From contig JAYUUO010000148.1 of the NCBI GenBank assembly GCA_043754515.1, positions 1 through 11,816 on the forward strand: DNA of 11,816 nucleotides, given 5' to 3'. Under the pieces are notes generated by a model. The model ran no database searches. It was not told the DNA's origin and saw only the letters and a list, made by a program, of their open reading frames with translations. Source of the stretch: Armatimonadota bacterium. GTDB taxonomy: Bacteria; Armatimonadota; Armatimonadia; Armatimonadales; Armatimonadaceae. Below are positions 1 through 8,207 of this stretch, one piece after another. A program made the position numbers and the translations under genes. Positions within the stretch are counted from its first letter, which is position 1, and each line of letters opens with the position of its first letter.

Positions 1-183
1 TGATACCCGGCGAGGGGCAATCAAGAACAACGACAACGTATGGGGCGGAAGTAACTAGCCTGCCCGGCACCATTGTGCGCCGGGTCTCACGAGTAGCGCG
101 AGGCAAGCTGTATTATTTTATTTTGAGACATACCAGGCTTTGCGATCCGTCTTATGGCAAGATGAAACTATGAAAAATCTCAC

Positions 184-212
184 TTGACGAACCGTGCCGG
201 CTATGTTACATT
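184..212 (+). promoter_or_regulatory. sigma70-type promoter for the PEP-CTERM protease gene
   Basis: TTGACG (184-189), 17-nt spacer, TACATT (207-212) preceded by an extended -10 TG (204-205); AT-rich tract upstream. Confidence 0.6.
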
Positions 213-376
213 ACGCCTGTTGTTGCTAGCCACTCGCTATGTCGCGAATTCCTCCGTGTCATCTGGAATTGGGCTCCGTCTGCCACAGTGACTGCCGGTA
301 GGCGAAATGCTATTCGCAACATATCCTTATCTCTAATAGCCCGACCACGCGACTTCGTCGCGGGAGGAACTAACAC

Positions 377-1708
377 ATGAATCGCATGTACAAAATGCGC
401 CTGATCGGTCTCACTGCCCTCGTGCTGATGGTGTCCGCCTCGTCCCACGCGACCCCGGTGCTTAACAGCCGCCCCGGAGCCGCCTATACCGTCTATTTGG
501 ACTTCGATGGGTTCGCGTTCAGCGGCAACTGGGGGACAGGCTCCACGCTCACCCCGGGAAATACCGCCGCTTACACCGGGAACGATGCCCAGAAGAGTGA
601 TGTCTGGGCGCGGATCTCGGAAAAATATTCGGCGTTTAACATAAACGTGACCACGGTTGACCCGGCGGTCGCCGCGCAACAGGCTGGTACATCACTGGCA
701 CGGCAGAACTACTACGATGCCACCGCGAAACTGATGCACACCGTCATCGGTGGGAACGGCTCCTGGGTAGGCGGTGGTGGTATCTCATATGTAGGGGTCA
801 CACAAAACGCCCAAGCCGGCTCGAACGGCTATCACACGGATTTTTGTTTCGCGGCACAGGCACCTAATAACACTCAATTCGTCGCTGAAGCAAGTGCACA
901 CGAGAATGGTCACGGTTTCTCCCTGAATCACCAGGGCGATTCTGGCGTTGGCGTCACCAACTTCAGCACCGAGTACAGTTCCAACAACGGGGCGGTCGGG
1001 AACGGCTCCTACGCGCCGGTAATGGGGAACTCGTACAGCACCCAACGCGGCACGTGGCGCACCGGTACCTACTACAACAGCCTCGCTAAGCCGCCGACGA
1101 CGACGAATCAGAATGACATCACGAACCTGCTCTCCAACACGGGGATGAGCCTCGTCAATGACGGTATCGGTCATTCCTTCGTGACAGCAACAGTGCTGCC
1201 GCTCATCGGTACAACGGTCGACTCACTAGCCGCGAAGGGTGTCATCACCCCCTCGTTCGTGAATGCCGCCAATCCTATCGGCGTCGGCAACTACACGAAA
1301 GACTACTTCAAGTTTACGATGAGCCTGAACGGAACAGTGTCCCTCACAGTGGCTGATGGGGCCGACTGGCTCACCCCCGGTACCACGGCGGCGGGCACCA
1401 CACTCCGCTCGAAGCTGAACATCTACAAATCGGGCGATCTAATTAACCCGTTCGCGTTCGCCTCCGAATCGGCTGACACGCTCTCCGAAACGTTCACGGG
1501 ATTGCTGACATCGGGAGATTACATCGCGGAAGTAACGAGCTTCGGCGGTTATGCTTCGACCTACGATACCAGCGCGAAATACTACGACATGGGTTCTTAT
1601 GTCATGCGGGGTTCCATCGCGGTCGTACCGGAGCCGGGCACCTACGCGCTACTAAGCCTCGGACTTCTCGGTCTACTGGCCAAACGACGCGTCAAGTCGC
1701 AAAGCTAA
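377..1708 (+). CDS. Secreted PEP-CTERM-sorted zinc metalloprotease (metzincin-like) with probable C-terminal beta-sandwich (PPC-like) domain
   Basis: RBS GGAGG at 363-367; signal peptide (MRLIGLTALVLMVSASSHA); LNSRPGA..VYLDFDG N-terminal motif; zinc motif HENGHGFSLNH (899-931); Met-turn-like APVMG; C-terminal VPEP, hydrophobic helix and basic tail (VPEPGTYALLSLGLLGLLAKRR). Confidence 0.9.
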   Translation: MNRMYKMRLIGLTALVLMVSASSHATPVLNSRPGAAYTVYLDFDGFAFSGNWGTGSTLTPGNTAAYTGNDAQKSDVWARISEKYSAFNINVTTVDPAVAAQQAGTSLARQNYYDATAKLMHTVIGGNGSWVGGGGISYVGVTQNAQAGSNGYHTDFCFAAQAPNNTQFVAEASAHENGHGFSLNHQGDSGVGVTNFSTEYSSNNGAVGNGSYAPVMGNSYSTQRGTWRTGTYYNSLAKPPTTTNQNDITNLLSNTGMSLVNDGIGHSFVTATVLPLIGTTVDSLAAKGVITPSFVNAANPIGVGNYTKDYFKFTMSLNGTVSLTVADGADWLTPGTTAAGTTLRSKLNIYKSGDLINPFAFASESADTLSETFTGLLTSGDYIAEVTSFGGYASTYDTSAKYYDMGSYVMRGSIAVVPEPGTYALLSLGLLGLLAKRRVKSQS

Positions 1709-1719
1709 TCGGGTAACAG

Positions 1720-1761
1720 CAAGCCCCGCCGTGACCGCGCGGCGGGGCTTGTTTCTTTGTT
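1720..1761. terminator. Intrinsic terminator between convergent genes, possibly bidirectional
   Basis: Perfect 12-bp inverted repeat caagccccgccg (1720-1731) / cggcggggcttg (1740-1751), followed by tttctttgtt on +; lies between the stops at 1708 (+) and 1764 (-). Confidence 0.85.
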
Positions 1762-1763
1762 AT

Positions 1764-3323
1764 CTACACGCGGTCGAGGCGGCGGCGGAGCGCGGGGTAG
1801 TCTATCTTCGCGTTGTGCCGCTTGTCCACTGGTAGCGCATCCCAGATGCGTACCTCGTCCAGCATCGCCCAGGCGAGCGCGGCTTTCAGCGCGGCGGTAT
1901 TGACCCCCTCCCCTTCCACGAGCAGGAGACGCTTGCCGCCATGCGAAACTAAGGCGGCGCGGCGTACGGCGGGGTCGCGCCGCGCCGCGCACTCCACCGC
2001 GAATGGGTACACGATTCCGCGCTCGTCGTTGATGCGCGCCCCACAACGACCGAGTAGCCAAAGCCGCCCCGTTGCGTCGAGGTAGCCGCTGTCGCCAGTG
2101 CGGTGCCAGATCACGCCATCTACGCGGAACTTGGTCTCTGTGTCCCCCTCCCCGTTCAGGTAGCCAGGTAGCACATGCGCCCCGCTTACCACAATCTCGC
2201 CCGGCGTGTTCGGTGGCAGGGCGAGCGCGGCGAATGCGCTTGCGGTAAACGGTCCGATTGGTGTTCCCCACGCGTCAGGCAATATGCGCAACGTGATGCA
2301 GTCCACCGGGTGCCCGGCGAGCAGACCTTTCCCATCACCCATCGCCACGCCGTCCGCGACGCTCATCTCGGCGCGGGCGATATGCGCGATCGGTTCGGCC
2401 TCGGTCGAACCGTAAACGGCGACTACTTCCGCGCCGGGTGCGGCTGCATCCGTGAGTCGTGCCAGCAGGTCGGGGAACACGGGCGCGCCGCCGGTGTGTA
2501 TCTGCCGCAGACCGGGGAGCGTGCCCGCGTCTTCCAACAGCCGCTCGAAAAAGGCGGGTGAGGCGGCGGCGCGGGTCGGGCGCAGACGCCGCATCTGCTC
2601 GCGGATCGGCGCGACGTTCACCGCGCCGGGGCGGCGCAGGTCCCCGGCGGGGATGATGCTGGTCACGCCCGAGGCGAGGTTCGCCAGTACAAAGATCGGG
2701 AGCGTCGCGAGGTCAATATCGCCAGGTGATAGATGGATGCTGTCAACGAGAGCATGGTGCTGCGCCGCGAGCAGGCCGTGCGTCCGCACCGCCGCCTTGG
2801 GCCGACCCGTGGAGCCGCTGGTGAACGTCAGCAGGGCGGGTGTTTCGGCATCGGCAACGAAAACCGTGTCGTGGGGAGCCAATCGCTCGGAGCGGTTTAA
2901 ATTTACCGCGCTGGGCACGGGCAAACCGCCGATGGAAATGTTACAGGGGATGCGGCGAAGGGCGGCGATAGTCAGCCGTAACAGGTGCGCCTTCACAGTG
3001 CCGATTAACGCATCGGGCGGGCGCAACGCGCAACATGCCTCGATATGCTCCCGCCCCGCCGACGGGTCGAGAAACATCGCGACGAGTCCAAGACGAAACA
3101 GCGCGAACAGAACGATGTATAACTCCAGCGACATTGGGACCAGGACTAGAACGGTCTGTCCCGGTCGCAAGCCTCTGTCGCGTAGCAACGCCGCGAGCCG
3201 TGCCGAGCGATCGCCGAGCTGCGCGAACGTGAGCGTTATGTCACGCCCACCCACCGTTTCGATCAGTGCCGTGGCACCGGGGCGGGACGCCACCTGCTCC
3301 AGGAGCAGATTTGCGGTGTTCAT
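1764..3323 (-). CDS. AMP-dependent synthetase/ligase (ANL superfamily), OleC-like clade
   Basis: Motifs FTSGSTGRPK, YGSTEAEP, WHRTGD and C-terminal PVDKRHNAKID, which resembles the PVDIRHNAKI end of OleC-type enzymes; ATGA overlap with the upstream GNAT stop. Confidence 0.88.
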   Translation of the reverse strand: MNTANLLLEQVASRPGATALIETVGGRDITLTFAQLGDRSARLAALLRDRGLRPGQTVLVLVPMSLELYIVLFALFRLGLVAMFLDPSAGREHIEACCALRPPDALIGTVKAHLLRLTIAALRRIPCNISIGGLPVPSAVNLNRSERLAPHDTVFVADAETPALLTFTSGSTGRPKAAVRTHGLLAAQHHALVDSIHLSPGDIDLATLPIFVLANLASGVTSIIPAGDLRRPGAVNVAPIREQMRRLRPTRAAASPAFFERLLEDAGTLPGLRQIHTGGAPVFPDLLARLTDAAAPGAEVVAVYGSTEAEPIAHIARAEMSVADGVAMGDGKGLLAGHPVDCITLRILPDAWGTPIGPFTASAFAALALPPNTPGEIVVSGAHVLPGYLNGEGDTETKFRVDGVIWHRTGDSGYLDATGRLWLLGRCGARINDERGIVYPFAVECAARRDPAVRRAALVSHGGKRLLLVEGEGVNTAALKAALAWAMLDEVRIWDALPVDKRHNAKIDYPALRRRLDRV

Positions 3324-4291
3324 AGCTCCCGCCCGTAGAGTGTATATCGCCGCAACGTCTTGGTGCCTCCATACACGATGCTCAGGTTACGCGACGCGTT
3401 GGAATCGTGCATCAGCGCGTGAACGGCGCGGGTGAACCCCGCGTCCCGCGCGGCGGATTGGCAGCGGTCTAGGAGGAGCATCCCCAGCCCTGCCCACTGC
3501 CGTCCGGGTAACACGGCGGTGGTTTTCACGATGAATGTTCGGGACGGCTCCCCGCGCTTCGCCTCCTCAAGGTCGGGGAGCGCGAACAAAAACCCCGCGA
3601 GCGTGCCGTCCTCCGTCCGCGCCATGAGACTGAGTTCTGGGCGCAAGTACGGCACAATGCGCCGGTATGAGTCGAAAAACTCCGACTCTGGGAGCGGCGT
3701 GTAGAGGAAGTTGTCGCGGAATCCTATAACGGACAGTTTGTAAATGGCGCGCAGTTCGTCCTCAATGGACTCGGCGCGAACCGGGCTAAGGGTCACGCCC
3801 GCATCTGCCATCCGCACGGCGACCTTCTCCGCTCGTTCGTCTCCATATGTCAGGTCGGTCGCGATCCGCGACGAGTAAGTCGCCAGCGGCGCGAACCCGG
3901 CGTCGGCAAAGTGACCAGGGTAGGAATGTGGGTTGGTCGGCTCCAAGAAGAACGGCGGCTCGGCGGGAGCAGTAATGTCTTCGTCGCCCGTGACGAGCCG
4001 GTATCGCCGCCAGGTGTTGCCGTCCATCGGTCCGATCGCCGTATCACATCCGTGTCGGGCGAGTTCGGCGAGTGCGTGTTCGAGTAGCGGCGCGGCGGCA
4101 TCGTCCCGGAATGATTCGTACTGGCCGAGAATACCAACCCGCCTACCGGAGAGCGCGGGCAGATTGCCCGACCACCACAAGGCGCAACGGGCGACGACCG
4201 CGCCGTCATGGGTTGCGATAACAGCGGCGTCGGCGTCCGGGAGCAGAGCGAACGACGCGTCGGGCGCGGTGACAGTGTAAGTTATGATCAT
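3320..4291 (-). CDS. GNAT-fold N-acyltransferase (YghO-like tandem GNAT)
   Basis: GPMDGNTWRRYR and FFLEPTNPHSYP motifs; C-terminal acyl-CoA-binding-like KTTAVLPGRQWAGLGMLL and HALMHDSNAS. Start placed at ATG 4291 (GGAAGG upstream); ATG 4363, which overlaps the kinase stop (TGATG), is an alternative. Confidence 0.75.
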   Translation of the reverse strand: MIITYTVTAPDASFALLPDADAAVIATHDGAVVARCALWWSGNLPALSGRRVGILGQYESFRDDAAAPLLEHALAELARHGCDTAIGPMDGNTWRRYRLVTGDEDITAPAEPPFFLEPTNPHSYPGHFADAGFAPLATYSSRIATDLTYGDERAEKVAVRMADAGVTLSPVRAESIEDELRAIYKLSVIGFRDNFLYTPLPESEFFDSYRRIVPYLRPELSLMARTEDGTLAGFLFALPDLEEAKRGEPSRTFIVKTTAVLPGRQWAGLGMLLLDRCQSAARDAGFTRAVHALMHDSNASRNLSIVYGGTKTLRRYTLYGREL

Positions 4292-4362
4292 TGGTTTACC
4301 TTCCATCGCGTCTAAAGATTGCACCCGGCCCGCCGCGCTTTTTTCAACCGCGAGGCGTGTCA

Positions 4363-5742
4363 TCAGGGAGAAATCCCCCGCGCCACGAGCGCGGACCCGA
4401 GGGCGACTCCCGCCTGTAGTATCCAGCGGCGCGAGGAGCCGCGTTTCCGGGCGGGCGTCGCGTCGTCGTCCGGCCATTCGGCGAAACGGGCACCCGTTAT
4501 CCCGACCGCGATTCCGACCGGCGCGAGGACGAGTACCGTCCACGGCGATTCGCTGCTACCACCGACGAATTTACTGATGACGTAGTACGGCACCAGCATG
4601 GCTACCGATGCTTGTAGGAAGGACCGCGCGATCACCCATTTGCCTTCGGCGTCCCGAAAAGTGCCGCGCAACCGAATGACACCGATGATCGCCAGATGCG
4701 CGGCGAACGAGACCGTGTACGGGAGAAGGAAGTCGGGGCGGTGGTACGTCGCCGCGAGAAAAAGCCAGACTATGCCGACCCCCGTCGCCCGCAACACGTC
4801 GCGGATGTCGTGAGTGCGGCTGGTACCGTCCCGGTTCTCGCGGGGGAAAAGCCACGCGTATAGCGCGAACAGCGTGATCGGCGCGGGGAGCCACTGCCAG
4901 CCGCCCAGAGTCCACGCCAGGAACGCGACCAAGGCCGCGCCGAGTGCCGCGCTGTCGTTCAGGGTCGTGCGCCGCCGATATAGCACCGCGAACGCGACCA
5001 GCATCAGCGTCACGCCGAGGCGCACGCTTAAATCAGATACGCCGAGCGGGCGGAAGGCGCGTAGCAGAAGGAGTGTGCCAAGCGGGATGAACAGGTTGTC
5101 GAGTCCGTTCCACGCCACTGCCTCCACGAGCATCATGAGTAACCCGAGAATAATGCCGATGAGAAGGGATTCGGCGCGGCCCGTGCCGGTAGCAAGTAGT
5201 AGCGGGACGTGGGTGCTCAAGAACGCGACCAGAAAAAAGCCGAGTGACCCTTCGAGACTCTTCTGCCCCTCGCCAGTTTCGTACCGCAGGGACCCGTAGC
5301 GCACACCGATTAGTGCCGCGACCGCGTCCCCGAGCGCGAGCAGTAGCACCGGAATCCCGAACATCACCAGGTCGCCGTGCGCGAAGTAGAAGAGCGCGGC
5401 GACGCCGACCGGGAAGTAGACCTCGCCGAGCGAGTCGCGGGACACGCCGTCGAGCACGCCGCCGAACCGCGCCCGTAGCAACGAGGATTGACGGAGTGCA
5501 AGTAGGCCCACTGACGCGACGACGCCGAGGGCGATCACAGGCACGGGGTCGCTACCAAATAGGCGCGGGAACGTCAGCGTGACCGCGCCCATGCCGACGT
5601 GGAGCAACTTGCGCAGGAGCTCGGGATGAAGTTTCTGGCGTTTCCCGAGGGCGCGAAGCCCCATCATCAGCGCGCCGAAGACGGCCAGCACGAGCAGCAC
5701 TGCCGGGATCGGCGGCAACAGTGGCACCGCGATCCAGCTCAC
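4363..5742 (-). CDS. Polytopic membrane protein: phytol/dolichol kinase-like (CTP-dependent isoprenoid alcohol kinase / cytidylyltransferase family) N-half plus degenerate DUF92-like C-half
   Basis: RKLLHVG, GEVYFPVG, GDAVAALIGVRYG...KSLEGS and GLDNLFIP motifs; many hydrophobic helices; GTG start overlaps upstream TGA (GTGA) with GAGGAG RBS at 5751-5756. Confidence 0.8.
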   Translation of the reverse strand: MSWIAVPLLPPIPAVLLVLAVFGALMMGLRALGKRQKLHPELLRKLLHVGMGAVTLTFPRLFGSDPVPVIALGVVASVGLLALRQSSLLRARFGGVLDGVSRDSLGEVYFPVGVAALFYFAHGDLVMFGIPVLLLALGDAVAALIGVRYGSLRYETGEGQKSLEGSLGFFLVAFLSTHVPLLLATGTGRAESLLIGIILGLLMMLVEAVAWNGLDNLFIPLGTLLLLRAFRPLGVSDLSVRLGVTLMLVAFAVLYRRRTTLNDSAALGAALVAFLAWTLGGWQWLPAPITLFALYAWLFPRENRDGTSRTHDIRDVLRATGVGIVWLFLAATYHRPDFLLPYTVSFAAHLAIIGVIRLRGTFRDAEGKWVIARSFLQASVAMLVPYYVISKFVGGSSESPWTVLVLAPVGIAVGITGARFAEWPDDDATPARKRGSSRRWILQAGVALGSALVARGISP

Positions 5743-6872
5743 GGTAGCCGCTCCTCGACAATAAACGCGCTGTAAAAGAATGCCTTGTCTGCCAGGTGCA
5801 GGTCGGACGCGAGCGGCTCGACGGGGCGCAGGATTCCCGCCATGGCTTCGGGGCGGCGGCGCGGGGCGAGCATGTTCCAGTACGCCAGCCGTGCGCCGGG
5901 CCGCGCGGACCCCGCGAGTCGCCGGAGCAATATCTCGTAATTTTCGGGCGACATATACTCGAAGATGTCGCTCAGATTGAATCGGTCAATCGCCGCGTCA
6001 CCCACTTCCTCCAGGAACGACTCTATGGAGCCGACACGTAACTCCAGCGCACCCAGATTATTCCGGATGGCGTCGAAGTTCTCCGGGCGGAGCGCGAAAG
6101 GGAGGGCTTCCGGGGCGTGAGTGCCTGTCAGAACCCAGCGCAAGTACGGGTTCGTCGCCGGGTCCAGACGGGTGACGGCGTGACGGGTTCGCGCGAGAAT
6201 CCTACCCGCGATACTGCCCTCGACATACTGGAAGAACGCTGGGTCGCGCCCGAGCCGCCCCATCACGAAGCGTGAGAAGAACAGTCGGAACAACAGACGC
6301 CAGCGGAACGTGTCCCACTCGCGGGCGTAGAACCGCTCGCGCTCGTCCGGGGTTCCGCCATGCAGAAGCCGCCGGGCGGCTCGCTTGTCATGCACCCAGG
6401 GCAGAATCTTCTCACGGAACAGCGCGAAGTAGCGCTCGAACTTGCCCGCGCCGCCGATGCCCGCGCCTATTTCGGCGGGGCGTGCGTCCCAGAACCGGCT
6501 CGTGTCGTCGTCAAGTAGTGGCCGGCACCGCCCGTACAGCGCGACGCGCTCCCCGGCGGACGCGGGCGCGGACCCCATCAGCGCGAGCAGTTCCGGATGC
6601 TCCAGAGTCCGGTATATGGCGACGCGTAGCGCGGCACAGGCGACCTGCGCCGCGCTCAGATCCAGCGCGACCACGCGCTTCGGGCAGCGTGTAAGCATCG
6701 CCAGCGCGTTATCGCCCGCCGAACAGATCGAGACGCACGTGTCGCCGGGTTGAATGTCAAGGCCCGCCAGGAGAACGTCGGCGTCCTCCCAGCACTGGGC
6801 GTAGCGTATAGCGGAGAAGTCCGCCCGCGCGGTGACTTCGGACGCTCCTGTCGGGCGCGTAATTGCTGTCAC
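5739..6872 (-). CDS. DUF3419 family protein, BtaA-like SAM-dependent 3-amino-3-carboxypropyl transferase
   Basis: IRYAQCWEDADVL, ICSAGDNAL, DLSAAQ, GKFERYF, NPYLRW, FNLSDIFEYM and YWN motifs. Start placed at GTG 6872 behind GAGGA (6877-6881); ATG 6923 is the alternative. Confidence 0.85.
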   Translation of the reverse strand: MTAITRPTGASEVTARADFSAIRYAQCWEDADVLLAGLDIQPGDTCVSICSAGDNALAMLTRCPKRVVALDLSAAQVACAALRVAIYRTLEHPELLALMGSAPASAGERVALYGRCRPLLDDDTSRFWDARPAEIGAGIGGAGKFERYFALFREKILPWVHDKRAARRLLHGGTPDERERFYAREWDTFRWRLLFRLFFSRFVMGRLGRDPAFFQYVEGSIAGRILARTRHAVTRLDPATNPYLRWVLTGTHAPEALPFALRPENFDAIRNNLGALELRVGSIESFLEEVGDAAIDRFNLSDIFEYMSPENYEILLRRLAGSARPGARLAYWNMLAPRRRPEAMAGILRPVEPLASDLHLADKAFFYSAFIVEERLP

Positions 6873-6978
6873 GGGTTCCTCAAAGTTGCCAGAGTAGATG
6901 GTTTCGGTGGCGCATTCGCGCATCCTCGCCGCGAGGCCGGTCCTAGTATATCCGAAAGAAAAATCGTCGCGCTTACAC

Positions 6979-7005
6979 GGATTATGTGGTTTTTATCACG
7001 GGTAA
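6979..7005 (+). promoter_or_regulatory. Candidate SigB/SigF-type general stress promoter for the Mn catalase
   Basis: GGATT (6979-6983), 16-nt spacer, GGGTAA (7000-7005); resembles SigB/SigF-type -35/-10 elements and lies upstream of a typical general-stress gene. Confidence 0.35.
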
Positions 7006-7097
7006 TTGCAGCGATGCGAACAATAAGGTTTGCCCCACCCCCGTGTCTTCGACGCACCCAACCCGCGTTCCTATGCACCCAGTTAGGACTCCGTACC

Positions 7098-7985
7098 ATG
7101 ATCCTCCGCATAGATAAGATTGCCGTTGACCTGCCAAAACCCAAACACCCGTCGCCGGACGGTGCCGCCGCCCTGCAAGAACTGCTCGGTGGGAAGTTCG
7201 GCGAAATGTCCACCCTGATGAACTACACGTTCCAATTGTTCAACTTCCGGGGGCGTGACAAACTGCGCCCGTACTATGACCTGATTGCCAACATCGCCGC
7301 CGAGGAATACAGCCATGTCGAGACGATTTCGTACGCGATCAACATGCTCCTGACAGGTGTTACCACGCGTGGTAATAACCCCGAGGCGACCCCTCTTGCA
7401 GACGTGATCCACGCGCGCAACTCGTACCACTACATCGCTAGCGATCAGGCCGCGTTGCCTGTAGACTCGATGGGCAACTTCTGGACCGGCCAGAACGTGT
7501 TTTCGAGCGGCAACCTGAAGCTCGATTTGCTACACAACTTCTTCCTGGAGTGCGGTGCGCGCGCCAACAAGATGCGCGTGTACGAGATGGTGGATGACCC
7601 AACGGCGCGTGCCGCAGTCGGCTACCTGCTGGTGCGCGGCGGGGTGCATGTCGTCGCCTACGCCCATGCGCTCGAAGAGCTGTGCGGCGTTGACCTGAAA
7701 GGCATCTTCCCGATCCCGGACCTCAGCAACAAGAAGTTCCCCGAAGCCGCGAAGCTCGAGGAGCAGGGTCTGCACCGGATCATGTATCGCTAGAGCCCGA
7801 GTGACTACACGGAGATCGGCAAAATCTGGAAGGGCGCGCACCCCGAGGACGGTTCGGAACTGATCGTGAGCGACACTATCCCCGAAGGGTTTACGCCGCC
7901 GAAGCTCGACGAGGAGCCGCAAATGAACGCGCCGGGGATTGACATGGACATGTTCAACGCCGCTAAGAAACTCGTTTTAGGCTAG
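7098..7985 (+). pseudogene. Manganese catalase (ferritin-like di-Mn, Thermus-type) with in-frame TAG at 7791-7793; pseudogene, sequence error or readthrough
   Basis: MILRIDKI..., LLGGKFGEMST, EEYSH, FFLECGAR and RGGVH ligand motifs; RBS AGGA before ATG 7098. The frame continues after TAG as SPSDYTEIGKIWKGAHPEDGSELIV...KKLVLG* (TAG 7983-7985), matching the recalled C-terminus of Thermus-type Mn catalases (YRFSPEDY..IWKG..PEDG). Confidence 0.88.
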
Positions 7986-7998
7986 TCCTTTCGTACCC

Positions 7999-8038
7999 GA
8001 GACGCCCCCGACTGGCCCGCCAGTCGAGGGCGTTTCTC
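7999..8038 (+). terminator. Intrinsic terminator-like hairpin after the Mn catalase
   Basis: gagacgccc-c-cgactggc / gccagtcg-a-gggcgtttc inverted repeat with one C-A mismatch, starting 13 nt after the 7985 stop. Its position supports 7985 as the ancestral gene end. Confidence 0.7.
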
Positions 8039-8207
8039 ATGCTACTGTTTCCACTCTACTGAAGCGCGGCGTACCTCCGTCACCGCATTTATTCACTCGT
8101 GCGAGTAAGTGGCACACACGGTCGCGTTCGTGCGCACCAAAATCGAGTGGTCGGTTTACCGCAGTGCGATCAACACCGGTGGCACGAATAATGCTCCCAC
8201 CCATATC

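Noticed and set aside
2..85. Possible 3' end of an upstream gene (...KNNDNVWGGSN*, TAG 56-58) followed by an imperfect hairpin (62-85)
   Set aside because: Too short to establish the frame or identity, and the hairpin is imperfect with no adjacent U-tract.
2452..3435. 327-aa plus-strand ORF and other antisense or off-frame ORFs over the operon
   Set aside because: Shadow ORFs of GC-rich genes, Arg/Ser/Pro-rich with no recognisable motifs.
4364..4543. N-terminal extension of the GNAT ORF from 4543
   Set aside because: It overlaps the kinase gene by 180 nt and is Arg-rich off-frame sequence; better starts exist at 4363 and 4291.
7030..7082. Short repeated caccc/gcaccca motifs upstream of the catalase
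   Set aside because: Only 5-7 nt, irregularly spaced and expected by chance at this GC content.
6750..7097. 116-aa N-terminal extension of the catalase in the ORF track (TTG start at 6750)
   Set aside because: It overlaps the DUF3419 gene and the promoter region; catalase similarity and an RBS begin at ATG 7098.
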